From an uncultured Gemmatimonadales bacterium (GTDB taxonomy: Bacteria; Gemmatimonadota; Gemmatimonadetes; Longimicrobiales; RSA9), in contig CAWAMW010000015.1 of NCBI GenBank assembly GCA_963783305.1, positions 288,001-352,000 on the forward strand: 64,000 nt of DNA, given 5' to 3'. Under the pieces are notes generated by a model. That model was not told the DNA's origin. It saw only the letters and a list, made by a program, of their open reading frames with translations, and ran no database searches. Shown piece after piece: positions 17,731 to 26,884 of this stretch. The stretch's first letter is position 1; each line of letters begins with the position of its first letter. The translations under genes were made by a program, and so were the position numbers.

Positions 17731-18207
17731 ATGCCCGATGTCGTCTACACCGCCAGGCTGCGGATCGAGCAGGACCAGCCACCGCTGCGCCACGCCCACC
17801 TGCCCCACCGCGACGAGCCGGTCCGGTTCGGCGTGCACGGCGCGGTGGCGGAGCATTACGGCGCGAGCCCGGAGCGGCAGGACCCCACCACACTGGACTT
17901 CGTGATCGCGGCGGCGGCCGGCTGACTGACCGGCACCTTTGCCGGCGCGCTGTCAGCGCGCGAGGTCACGGTCGCGCCCCACCGTCTCACGTCGGAGGTG
18001 ACGGGCGAGGTGGAGAAGGAGGACGGGGTCCTGGTCATCAAGCGGATCCACGTGCTGTACCGGCTGCGGGCGCCGGAGTCCGCGCGGGGGACCGCGGAGC
18101 GGGTCCGGGCCATGCACCACGAGCACTGCCCCGTCTACCGCAGCATCGCGGGGTGCATCGACATCACGACCGAGCTGGAGCTCGTGGACGAGGCGGAGGC
18201 GTCATGA
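17731..18207 (+). CDS. OsmC/Ohr-like protein with an in-frame TGA (17923-17925), probable selenoprotein
   Basis: ORFs 17731-17925 and 17998-18207 share one frame: AAAAG-U-LTGTF...HCPVYRS; hairpin right after the TGA. Confidence 0.78.
17928..17973 (+). promoter_or_regulatory. Candidate bacterial SECIS hairpin
   Basis: GACCG/CGGTC, ACCT/AGGT and GCGCGCT/AGCGCGC stems; G-initiated apical loop 26 nt after the UGA. Confidence 0.55.
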
Positions 18208-18271
18208 CGGCAGCGATCATTCCAGGAAGCCGGGGGAATTGTTGGGTTCCGCCGTACGCTGGGCACGACAC

Positions 18272-18934
18272 ATGACCAGGGTGCGAGTCGACAGCTTCGC
18301 GATCTCGATCGACGGATATGGTGCGGGCCCCAACCAGTCCCTGGAGAATCCCCTTGGCGAAGGTGGAGAGGACCTCCACCGGTGGTTTCATCCCACCCGT
18401 ACGTTCCAGAGGATGGTGCTCGGGAAGGATCGCGGCACCACGGGAATCGACGATGAGTTCGCCGCGAGAGGCTTCGAGAACATGGGCGCCTGGATCCTGG
18501 GAAGGAACATGTTCGGACCGGTCCGCGGCCCGTGGCCGGACGACGAGTGGAAAGGGTGGTGGGGAGCCAGTCCACCGTATCATGTCCCGGTCTTTGTCCT
18601 GACCCATCACGCGCGCCCGCCACTGGAGATGGAGGGCGGCACGACCTTTCATTTCGTCACGGGCGGCATACACGAGGCGCTGGAGCGGGCGCGGGCGTCC
18701 GCGGATGGAAAGGACGTGCGGATCGGGGGAGGGCCGGACACGATCCGGCAGTACCTGCGGGCGGGCCTCATCGATGAACTTCACCTCGCGATTGCACCCA
18801 TTCTTCTCGGTGGCGGCGAGCGCCTCTTCGAAGGTGTGGAGATGCGGGCCGCGGGCTACGAGGTGATCGAGTCTGTGGGGACCGAGAAGGCCACGCACGT
18901 CATCATTCGACGCAAGGCGGGGCACGGCGCCTGA
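18272..18934 (+). CDS. Dihydrofolate reductase / RibD C-terminal family protein
   Basis: ISIDGYGAGP, ILGRNMF, VFVLTH, IGGG, LIDELHL, LLGGGERLF. Confidence 0.9.
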   Translation: MTRVRVDSFAISIDGYGAGPNQSLENPLGEGGEDLHRWFHPTRTFQRMVLGKDRGTTGIDDEFAARGFENMGAWILGRNMFGPVRGPWPDDEWKGWWGASPPYHVPVFVLTHHARPPLEMEGGTTFHFVTGGIHEALERARASADGKDVRIGGGPDTIRQYLRAGLIDELHLAIAPILLGGGERLFEGVEMRAAGYEVIESVGTEKATHVIIRRKAGHGA

Positions 18935-19062
18935 GCCGGCGCGCGCCGGGGACGTGATCGAGCAGGGTGCCCCCCGGCGATGGAGCAGAGGATGACTCTG
19001 TCGTCTACATGGGGGGCGGAACTCGCAGTCACAGCCGCCCCCTCCATCCGGGAGCACGGAAA

Positions 19063-19551
19063 ATGGATCCAAATGACGCAGCAGGGAGCGGAACGGCGGT
19101 TCCGTCAGGGGCCGACCTTTTCGGGCAGAGGCGGAGCGTGTTCGGACGCCTTCCGATGGACCTGAAGGTAGTGGGCGGCCAGACCAAGGGCGGCCTGCTG
19201 GTTCTCGAGCAGATCGATGACCGGAGGGGCGGCCCACCTCGCCACGTGCACTCGGCCCAGGACGAGTGGTTCTACGTGATCCAGGGCCACTACCTCATCG
19301 AGGTTGGCGAGAGCCGCTTCGAGCTCGGTGCCGGGGACTCGGTGCTGGCTCCCCGAGGCGTCCCCCACGCGTGGGCGCATGTTGGCGAAGGCACTGGGCG
19401 AATGCTGGTAGAGTTCCACCCCGCGGGACAAATGGAGGCGTTCTTCGCTGAGGCCACTCAGCTGAGCGGGGTGTCCGCGGGCCCGGAGCTGGCGCGACTG
19501 TTCTCCGAGCACGGCATGCAGCTGGTCGGCCCACCGCTCGAAGTGGAGTGA
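19063..19551 (+). CDS. Cupin domain protein
   Basis: PPRHVHSAQDEWFYV...GDSVLAPRGVPHAW. Confidence 0.85.
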   Translation: MDPNDAAGSGTAVPSGADLFGQRRSVFGRLPMDLKVVGGQTKGGLLVLEQIDDRRGGPPRHVHSAQDEWFYVIQGHYLIEVGESRFELGAGDSVLAPRGVPHAWAHVGEGTGRMLVEFHPAGQMEAFFAEATQLSGVSAGPELARLFSEHGMQLVGPPLEVE

Positions 19552-19554
19552 AGC

Positions 19555-20085
19555 ATGGCGAGGATCGTATTCGGGATGAACCAGTCGCTGGACGGCTATG
19601 TCGACCACACGGCCTTCGCGCCGGGCCCCGCGCTGTTCCGGCATTTCATCGAGGAGGCGCAGGGTCTGGCGGGGAGCGTGTACGGCCGCGGAATGTATGA
19701 GGTCATGCGGTACTGGGACGACGAGCATCCTGAATGGGATGCGGAGGAACGAGCGTTCGCGGCGGCGTGGCGGAAGCAGCCGAAGTGGGTCGTCTCGCAC
19801 TCGTTGGAGTCGGTCGGCCCGAACGCCACGGTGGTCGAGGACGATCTCGAGGGCGCGATCCGCGAGCTGAAGGCCGGGCGCGAAGGGGATATCGGGATCG
19901 CTGGCCCGGCGCTGGCGCAGAGTCTCACGGAGCTCGGCCTGATCGATGAGTATCGGATCTACCTGCACCCCGTGGTGCTCGGTCACGGCACGCCGTATTT
20001 CGCCGGACCCCGGCCGCGGCTCCGGCTGCTGTCGAGTGACCGGATGGCCGAGGATGTGATCCGGCTGGCATACGTTCCCGCATGA
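19555..20085 (+). CDS. Dihydrofolate reductase / RibD C-terminal family protein
   Basis: NQSLDGY, YGRGMYE, LIDEYRIYLHPVVLGHG. Confidence 0.9.
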   Translation: MARIVFGMNQSLDGYVDHTAFAPGPALFRHFIEEAQGLAGSVYGRGMYEVMRYWDDEHPEWDAEERAFAAAWRKQPKWVVSHSLESVGPNATVVEDDLEGAIRELKAGREGDIGIAGPALAQSLTELGLIDEYRIYLHPVVLGHGTPYFAGPRPRLRLLSSDRMAEDVIRLAYVPA

Positions 20086-20144
20086 TCTCGCGATAACCCG
20101 GGACCGGGAAACGGGGTGCTTCGATTGCGGGAACACCCCCCCGT

Positions 20145-20777
20145 TTGCAGGTTCGAAGAAGTCCCGTTGGCTCGGACCAGAAGACGGAGACCCCACTGAG
20201 AACGCTCAGAATCATCCAACACATCTCGCTGGACGGCGTCATCCAGCATTCGGACGATGACAGCGACTTCCCCTACGCCAACTGGACGGTGCCCTATCGG
20301 ACGCCCGCCGGCCGGGAGGCGATGGTCGCGGCGTACGGCGGGGGCTTCGACCTGCTGCTCGGCCGTCGCACCTACGATATCTGGGCGGGCTACTGGCCAA
20401 AGGCGCCGAGCGGTCCGCTTGCGGACGGCCTCAATGCGGCCACGAAATTCGTTGCGACCCACCGTCCGGAAACGCTGGAATGGGGCCCGTTCGAGGGGCT
20501 CGGACCGGACATCGTCGAGGGCGTTCGGCGCATCAGGTCGCAGGACGGCCCGGAGCTGGTCCTCTCGGGCAGCTCAACGCTTACATCGCTTCTGCTCGAG
20601 CACGGGCTCGCGGATGAAGTGGTGCTGGTGGTCTACCCGGTCCTGCTGGGCACGGGAAAGCGCCTCTTCGCGGAGGGAACGCCGCCACGCTCATTCGAGC
20701 TCGTCCACACGAAGCCAATGCCGTCCGGCATCATCCTCAGTACGTACGAGGCAGCCGGTCCCCTGAAGACCGGATAG
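20145..20777 (+). CDS. Dihydrofolate reductase / RibD C-terminal family protein (start uncertain, probably near 20197)
   Basis: ISLDGVIQ, LLGRRTY, GSSTL, PVLLGTGKRLF. Confidence 0.85.
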   Translation: MQVRRSPVGSDQKTETPLRTLRIIQHISLDGVIQHSDDDSDFPYANWTVPYRTPAGREAMVAAYGGGFDLLLGRRTYDIWAGYWPKAPSGPLADGLNAATKFVATHRPETLEWGPFEGLGPDIVEGVRRIRSQDGPELVLSGSSTLTSLLLEHGLADEVVLVVYPVLLGTGKRLFAEGTPPRSFELVHTKPMPSGIILSTYEAAGPLKTG

Positions 20778-20879
20778 ACGAACCCGACGACGGTGGGGTG
20801 CAGACGGGGAGAGGGGATCGGTCGGGGGGCGCAACGCCCACCGGCAGGCATCAGGATCCATCGCTTCAAGGGAGGTCCC

Positions 20880-21302
20880 ATGAAGGTTCTGCTGACAGGA
20901 GTGCTGGTCGCGGTTCTCGCCACCGGGTGCGCTTCGAATGTCGAGGTGGCCTACCCCGTTCCGGAGAGCGGTGCTCGGACCGGAGAAGTGCTGGTGCGGT
21001 TCACCGAGCCCATGAAGTCGGTGAGCATCGTGTTGGACGGAGACCTCGTGGCGGAGGACGAGTATACCGAACGGGTCCACGTCCTGGGCGTCCCCGTGGG
21101 CTCCCATGAGGTCAGGGTCGTGGCTGCCGCCGGCAGCCGGTCGCGGGCGGTGGAGCAGACCGAACGTGTACTGGTCGCGCCGAACAAGCAGGCCGTCGTG
21201 CTGGTGGCCGCGCCCCCGCAGGGGCTCGGATACTGGATCAACTCGGCGGCGATGTTCCTGGTATACGGCGCGGTGATTCTCTCCACGGAGCACGACTGGT
21301 AA
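20880..21302 (+). CDS. Hypothetical lipoprotein
   Basis: GGAGG RBS; LATGC lipobox. Confidence 0.72.
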   Translation: MKVLLTGVLVAVLATGCASNVEVAYPVPESGARTGEVLVRFTEPMKSVSIVLDGDLVAEDEYTERVHVLGVPVGSHEVRVVAAAGSRSRAVEQTERVLVAPNKQAVVLVAAPPQGLGYWINSAAMFLVYGAVILSTEHDW

Positions 21303-21337
21303 GGTCCCGAAGGCGTCTGCGCGTCCAGTCGGAGAAC

Positions 21338-21967
21338 GTGGGGGTCGCCGAGCTACCGGACGGAACGCGACTCGTTCGCGTGGGCGACGCGCTGGCCGGA
21401 GAGTGCGCGGCCTGGAGGTACGGTGGCGAGCTGAGACGGCGCCGGCGCGGCTTTCTCCCACAGACGGGGGTCGGGATCGCGCTGTCACTGGTTACGGGCT
21501 TCCCCGCCCCGCTCCCGGGACAGGTGGAGCGGAAGGACGTTCTTTACCGGCTCACCGGTGAGAGCTCGCCCACGGGCCGGGAGCTGCTGCTGCGACGAAG
21601 GGGGCTGGACCCGGTCACGTTCCGGTTCGACCCCGACCACGGGCAGTGGCGCATGCGGCTCGGTCGCTCCTGGAAATGGTTCCGGAGCGTGCCCGTGCTC
21701 GAGCTGGAAGGCGCTCCGGCTCGCACCCTGCTGGACCGCATGCTCCTCAGCGTGAACCGTCGGGTGCGTCGAAGAACCGGCCGCGGGGAGCGCTCCGTCT
21801 GCTGGACGAACGGGGCTCGGCCGCCGGATACGTTCGGAGCCTTGGCGAGGGGGTGGCGCGGGACGGGTCGTCTCCCGTGCCGGGATCGCGGACTCCCTTT
21901 GAAAGGCCCGCGATCGCGAGGGCCGCCCGAGAAGGGACTGGACAGGACGCGGCTGGCGGGCCATTGA
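21338..21967 (+). pseudogene. 5'-truncated paralogue of the 60475-61530 protein
   Basis: DGTRLVRVGDAL..E.AAWRYG..LRRRRR matches DGTDLVRIGDPL..EFAAWRYG..GRRRRR. Confidence 0.55.
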
Positions 21968-22013
21968 AATAGGGTACGGCTGATCCATTTCCCACGCAGA
22001 TCCGGAGGCATCC

Positions 22014-22439
22014 TTGACGGGCAGAACGATCGAATGGGTCGCGCGGGAGTTCATCCAGGTGTGGAGCGCCGGGAACATCGAGCTCCTCGACCGGCTGGCG
22101 AGCGAGGACCTGAGGGTGGCGTACTCGCATTTTCCGGAGCCGATCGTCGGGCGGGAGGCGTTCCGGGGCATCCTCGAGGAGACGTTCAGGCATTTCCCCG
22201 ACCTGAAGACGACGGCGCGGACGATCATCGCGGACGGCGAGCGGGCGGCGGTCGAGTGGGAGTACGAAGGGACGCACCAGCACGGTGAGCTCTTCGGCGC
22301 CCAGCCGGATGGCCGCCGGGTGCGGGTGGCGGGGATGACGTTCTACCGGGTCGTGGACGGCCGGGTGGTGGAGGAGCGCGGCGTGGCGGACGTCCTCGGC
22401 CTCATGGAGCAGTTGAAGGACCCCAACCCAGGCGAGTGA
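22014..22439 (+). CDS. SnoaL-like ester cyclase (NTF2 fold)
   Basis: FPDL...IIADGE...GTHQHGELFG...DVLGLMEQL. Confidence 0.85.
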   Translation: MTGRTIEWVAREFIQVWSAGNIELLDRLASEDLRVAYSHFPEPIVGREAFRGILEETFRHFPDLKTTARTIIADGERAAVEWEYEGTHQHGELFGAQPDGRRVRVAGMTFYRVVDGRVVEERGVADVLGLMEQLKDPNPGE

Positions 22440-22442
22440 ACC

Positions 22443-22670
22443 ATGGAGCTGCTGAAAGACACAGAGACGGACCTGCCGGTCTGGATGCGCGTGACGCTGC
22501 TGGTGTTCGGCGGGGTGTTCGCGGCCCTGGCGTGGTGGCTGGGAGTCGCGCCGGGCGCGGACTGGGAGAGGCTGCTCGGCGCCGGGCTCTCGGCGGCTCT
22601 GGCCCTGCTGCTCCTGGTCTCCGCCGCGCGAGGCCGGATCTGGCGCTGGATGTGGCTGTTCCCCGGATAG
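22443..22670 (+). CDS. Small membrane protein
   Basis: Two hydrophobic segments; directly follows the previous gene. Confidence 0.6.
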   Translation: MELLKDTETDLPVWMRVTLLVFGGVFAALAWWLGVAPGADWERLLGAGLSAALALLLLVSAARGRIWRWMWLFPG

Positions 22671-22759
22671 TCGTGGCCGACGCAGGTGTTGATTTTCGGG
22701 CGTCGGGGAGCGATCGAAGGAGCACGCTGGAACTCCACCCGAACGAGAGAGGGGGCGCA

Positions 22760-22951
22760 ATGGAGGCAAAGGGTACAGTGCGGGAAACGGAAGGCCGTCG
22801 GAGGCTCCGGATCGTCCTGGTAATGGCGGCCGCGGCCTCGGCGATCGCCGCCGGGCTGCGGTTCCTGGATGGCGAGTCGGGGATGGCGCTGCTCAGCGCC
22901 GGCGTCGGGGCGGTGTTCGTACTCGCCATCTTGCTGACGTATCGCGAATGA
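22760..22951 (+). CDS. Small membrane protein
   Basis: GAGGGG RBS, two hydrophobic segments, ATGA overlap with the next gene. Confidence 0.55.
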   Translation: MEAKGTVRETEGRRRLRIVLVMAAAASAIAAGLRFLDGESGMALLSAGVGAVFVLAILLTYRE

Positions 22952-23313
22952 GCGTGAATCGTCGGGAGGCCATCCGCGAGTACAAGGAGGCGGTGCGTCC
23001 GGCGGGGGTGTACCGGGTCCGCAATCGGCTGAGCGGCAGGTCGCTGGTGGGCGCGAGCAGCGACCTGCCGTCGATGCTGAACCGTCAGCGTGCGCAGCTG
23101 CGGTTCCACGGCCACGGGTGCAGGGAGCTGCAGCGGGACTGGGACGAGGCGGGCGAGGAGTCGTTCGAGTTCGAGGTGCTGGACGAGATCGAGTCGCGTG
23201 ACGACGGCAGCGCCGATCTGCGGGACGAGCTGAAGCAGCTGGAGGACCTCTGGCGCGACAAGCTCGCCGCGGAGGGTGAGGAGCTCTACGAGTTCCGCGG
23301 CTCGATCCGCTAG
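22948..23313 (+). CDS. GIY-YIG-like nuclease family protein
   Basis: AGVYRVRN...LVGAS...LQRDW...FEFEVL. Confidence 0.8.
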   Translation: MSVNRREAIREYKEAVRPAGVYRVRNRLSGRSLVGASSDLPSMLNRQRAQLRFHGHGCRELQRDWDEAGEESFEFEVLDEIESRDDGSADLRDELKQLEDLWRDKLAAEGEELYEFRGSIR

Positions 23314-23320
23314 CGGACCC

Positions 23321-23767
23321 GTGACTCGTTCCGAGGCGACGCCGGGCTATTCCGGGACCCCCCTGGTCCGAAAGCTCGGGCTGAAGCAGGGGATGCGGAT
23401 CCACCTGATCCACGCGCCCGAGCACTACTGGGCGCTGCTGGGGGGGAGCCCGGCCGCCATCGGTGTGGAGCCGATCTCGGAGACCGACGATCCGGAAGCC
23501 GACTTCATCCACCTCTTCGCGACGGATGCGGACACGCTGGCCGAGTCGTTCGCGCGGGCCCGGCCCTGGATGAGCCAGGACGGCATGGTGTGGGCCTCGT
23601 GGCCGAAGAAGTCGTCCGGCATGGCGAGCGCGATCGGCCGGAGCGAAGTGATGGCGGCGGGCAAGGAGGTGGGCCTGGTGGACATCAAGGTCTGCGCGGT
23701 GGACGAGGTCTGGTCCGGACTCAAGTTCGTGATCCCGACGAAGGAGCGAGTGCGTGGCAGCGGATGA
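23321..23767 (+). CDS. DUF3052-family protein
   Basis: GYSGTPLVRKLGLK...WASWPKKSS...GLVDIKVCAVDEVWSGLKF. Confidence 0.85.
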   Translation: MTRSEATPGYSGTPLVRKLGLKQGMRIHLIHAPEHYWALLGGSPAAIGVEPISETDDPEADFIHLFATDADTLAESFARARPWMSQDGMVWASWPKKSSGMASAIGRSEVMAAGKEVGLVDIKVCAVDEVWSGLKFVIPTKERVRGSG

Positions 23768-24302
23768 GCTGAGCGAGGAGCTCCTGGCGACGCTCCAGGA
23801 GCGCTTCGAGGAGAACATGCACCGCCACGAGGGCATGGACTGGGCGGAGGTGCGGTCGCGGCTGGAAGGGTCGGCCGACAAGCTGCGGTCACTGGGCGAG
23901 ATGGAGCGTACGGGCGGAGAGCCGGACGTGGTGGGTCGGGACGAGGAAACGGGCGAGTACATCTTCTGGGACTGCGCGCCGGAGAGCCCGAAGGGGCGGC
24001 GGAGCGTGTGCTACGATCGCGAGGCGCTGGAGTCACGGAAGAAGCACAAGCCGGAGACCAGCGCGATGGACATGGCGGCCGAGATGGGCGCCGTGCTGCT
24101 GACCGAGGAGCAGTACCGCAGACTGCAGGAGCTCGGCCCGGTGGACGCGAAGACGTCGAGCTGGCTGCGGACGCCGGAGCGGGTACGGGAGCTCGGGGGC
24201 GCCATCTTCGGCGATTACCGGTTCGGCCGGGTGTTCGTCTACCACAACGGGGCCGAGTCGTACTACGGGGCCCGCGGGTTCCGGTGCGAGCTCAGGGTCT
24301 GA
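23754..24302 (+). CDS. DUF4256-family protein
   Basis: MERTGGEPDVV...ESPKGRRSVCYD...YHNGAESYYGARGFR. Confidence 0.88.
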   Translation: MAADELSEELLATLQERFEENMHRHEGMDWAEVRSRLEGSADKLRSLGEMERTGGEPDVVGRDEETGEYIFWDCAPESPKGRRSVCYDREALESRKKHKPETSAMDMAAEMGAVLLTEEQYRRLQELGPVDAKTSSWLRTPERVRELGGAIFGDYRFGRVFVYHNGAESYYGARGFRCELRV

Positions 24303-24316
24303 AGGGGGTCTGAGCC

Positions 24317-24475
24317 ATGACGAGCTGGATCTTCGCGGGAGTGGGGGCGCTCTTCATGGCGCTGGCGGTGCCGATGATCACGCGGCGACTGCGTCGGAAC
24401 TGGTGGTACGGGCTCCGGACGGTGCACACCATGAGCGACGAGCGGGTGTGGGCGGGGAGTGGGTCGAGGTCATGA
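24317..24475 (+). pseudogene. Truncated SdpI-family membrane protein
   Basis: NWWYGLRT..TMSDERVW followed by an early stop. Confidence 0.6.
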
Positions 24476-24560
24476 GGATGGATTTACGGCTGCGTGGGTG
24501 TGGCCGCGGGCGCGTGGGCCTGACCGATGGGAAAGGCCGGACCCGGACCCGGACGGGGGG

Positions 24561-25961
24561 CTACCTGGGCAGCGACTGCGGCAGATCGGCGATCACGTAG
24601 GCCATGACGGCGAGGGCGGCCACGCACCGGGCGAACTCCTCGGGGTCGAGCTTGTCGAGGGTGTCGGCCTCGCTGTGGTGGTACCAGAAGTACTTCTCGC
24701 CGTCGACGTTCAGGCCCATGCCGGGGACGCCGCGCTCCATGATGGGGCCGATGTCGGCGCCGCCGCCGCCGCGGATGATGGCGCCGGCCTCGATGCGCTC
24801 GAGGAGGCTGCCGACGGCGGAGACTAGGTCGAAGGCGGCGTCGGAGCCGGTGAAGCCGAAGCCGATGGGGTCGAACACGCCGGAATCGGTCTCAATGGCG
24901 AGGACGTGATCGTCGAGGTCGTCGGAATGGGCGTCGCGATAGGCGCGGCCGCCGCGTAGCCCGTTCTCCTCGTTGGTCCAGAGGACGACGCGAACGGTGC
25001 GGCGGGGCTGGAGGCCCAGGGCCTTCATGAGTCGGACGGCCTCCCACGCGGCGACGCTCCCGCCGCCGTCATCCATGGCGCCCTGCCCCACGTCCCAGGA
25101 GTCGATGTGGCCGCCGAGCACGACCACCTCGTCCGGGCGCTCGGAGCCGCGCAGCTCCGCCACCACGTTCCGCGACAGCACCTCGCCCTCGTCGCGGGCG
25201 TCCATCTCCACCCGGATCACGATGCGCTCGCCGCGCTCCTGCATGCGGTGGAGCATGAGGGCGTCCTCGACGGTGATGGCGGCGTGGGGGATGCGGCGGA
25301 CATCGTCGTCGTAGCGCATCATGCCGGTGTGGGGCGAGTTCATGGAGAACGACGCGACGGAGCGGACCAGGCTCGCCACCGCGCCCGCACGGGCGGCCGC
25401 CACGGCGCCACTGGTGCGGTAGCGCACGGTCTCGCCGTAGCTGGTGAACGGCACGTCCCATACGACGATCTTGCCCGCTGCCCCGCCAGCGCGCGCCGCG
25501 AGCTCCTCGAAGCTGGAGACGACGAGCGCCTCCGCGGTGATCCCGCCGTCGGGCGTGCCGATGCTGCCGCCGAGCCCGAGCATGGCCAGCTCCGCCTCGC
25601 GCGGCTCGATCAGCGTGACCGACTCCTCCCCGCGGACCCAGCGCGGGACCATGGCGGGCTCGCCGCGAACGTTCGCCAGGTCGTCGGCGGACATGCCCCG
25701 CAGGATCCAGTCGATGGCCTGCTCCAGGCTCTCGGAGCCGCTCAGCCGGGGGCCGAAGCGATCCACGAGCTCGGCCAGGCGGCTCCAGCCGGTGGAATCG
25801 GCGAGAGCGGCGTCGATCAGGCGATCGGCCTCGGCGCGGTAGGCGGCCGGAACGGCCGCGGGCGCGAGGGCCCCCGCGGGCGCGGGCGTCTGCGCCAGCA
25901 GGGCCGGGGGAGCCATTAGGCCGACGAGCGCGGCCGTGAGCAGCGGGAGCAAGCGGGTCAT
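24561..25961 (-). CDS. M28 family peptidase (carboxypeptidase Q-like, PA domain)
   Basis: GPRLSGS, GGHIDSWDVGQGAMDDGGG, WTNEENG, YFWYHH; signal peptide. Confidence 0.92.
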   Translation of the reverse strand: MTRLLPLLTAALVGLMAPPALLAQTPAPAGALAPAAVPAAYRAEADRLIDAALADSTGWSRLAELVDRFGPRLSGSESLEQAIDWILRGMSADDLANVRGEPAMVPRWVRGEESVTLIEPREAELAMLGLGGSIGTPDGGITAEALVVSSFEELAARAGGAAGKIVVWDVPFTSYGETVRYRTSGAVAAARAGAVASLVRSVASFSMNSPHTGMMRYDDDVRRIPHAAITVEDALMLHRMQERGERIVIRVEMDARDEGEVLSRNVVAELRGSERPDEVVVLGGHIDSWDVGQGAMDDGGGSVAAWEAVRLMKALGLQPRRTVRVVLWTNEENGLRGGRAYRDAHSDDLDDHVLAIETDSGVFDPIGFGFTGSDAAFDLVSAVGSLLERIEAGAIIRGGGGADIGPIMERGVPGMGLNVDGEKYFWYHHSEADTLDKLDPEEFARCVAALAVMAYVIADLPQSLPR

Positions 25962-26026
25962 CGTGATCGAACGAAGCATCGGGAGCATCCTGGGCATGGG
26001 TAGCAGAGCGGAGCGGCGGACGGTCC

Positions 26027-26875
26027 TCACCGCGTGGCCGCCACGCGATCGCGGCCGTCGCCCTTGGCGCGGTAGAGAGCCGAGTCGGCGGCGGCTACCA
26101 GGTCGCGGGAAGTGTCCATCTCGTCGTTGTACTGGGCAACGCCCGCGCTGACCGTGAACGGCGGGAGATCGGCGATCTCGCTGATCGCCAGCCGGATCGA
26201 CTCGGCGAAGCGGAGCCCGGGTTCCACGGTGGCGCCCGACAGGATGGTGATGAACTCCTCGCCGCCGTAGCGAGCGGACAGGTCCATGCGGCGAGTGCGG
26301 CCCGTGAGGACACCGACAAAGGCGCGGAGCGCGTCGTCGCCGATCATGTGGCCGTGCTCGTCGTTGTAGTCCTTGAAGCGATCGATGTCGAAGAGGACGA
26401 CGGCAAGTTCCCGCCCGCGCTGGGCGGCCGCGAACTCCTTCTCGAGGAACAGTTCGGCCAGACGACGGTTCGGCACGTCCGTCAGCTCGTCCTGCAGCGC
26501 CAGCCGCTCGGCTCGCGCGCGCTCCTGGTGGAGCAGCTCGCTTACCAGCCCGACGGTCAGGCCGATGGAGATGTAGGCGGCCACGACGGCCAGGAGCATG
26601 ATCCAGTTGGTGGTGATGTCCAGCGCGATGACCAGCACCTGCACCAAGGACAGGACCACCATCCCCACGAGCATGGCGATGGCCACGCCGTTCCACCCGC
26701 GGTAGTACGCCAGGAGGAAAGCGGGGACGAGGGCGAGGAGCCAGAGCAGGAGCTCGTACTCGACCGACGGCTCGGGGAACCAGAAAGTGGCCACGGCCGG
26801 TACCAGCAGAGCGCTGAATGACAGGATCAGCCCACGCAGCGGGATCTCAGGCTTGCCGAAGTACCATACTGCCAT
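26027..26875 (-). CDS. Membrane-anchored diguanylate cyclase
   Basis: DIDRFKDYND..GH..GD and RYGGEEF; N-terminal hydrophobic helices. Confidence 0.92.
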   Translation of the reverse strand: MAVWYFGKPEIPLRGLILSFSALLVPAVATFWFPEPSVEYELLLWLLALVPAFLLAYYRGWNGVAIAMLVGMVVLSLVQVLVIALDITTNWIMLLAVVAAYISIGLTVGLVSELLHQERARAERLALQDELTDVPNRRLAELFLEKEFAAAQRGRELAVVLFDIDRFKDYNDEHGHMIGDDALRAFVGVLTGRTRRMDLSARYGGEEFITILSGATVEPGLRFAESIRLAISEIADLPPFTVSAGVAQYNDEMDTSRDLVAAADSALYRAKGDGRDRVAATR

Positions 26876-26884
26876 GGAAGCCCC

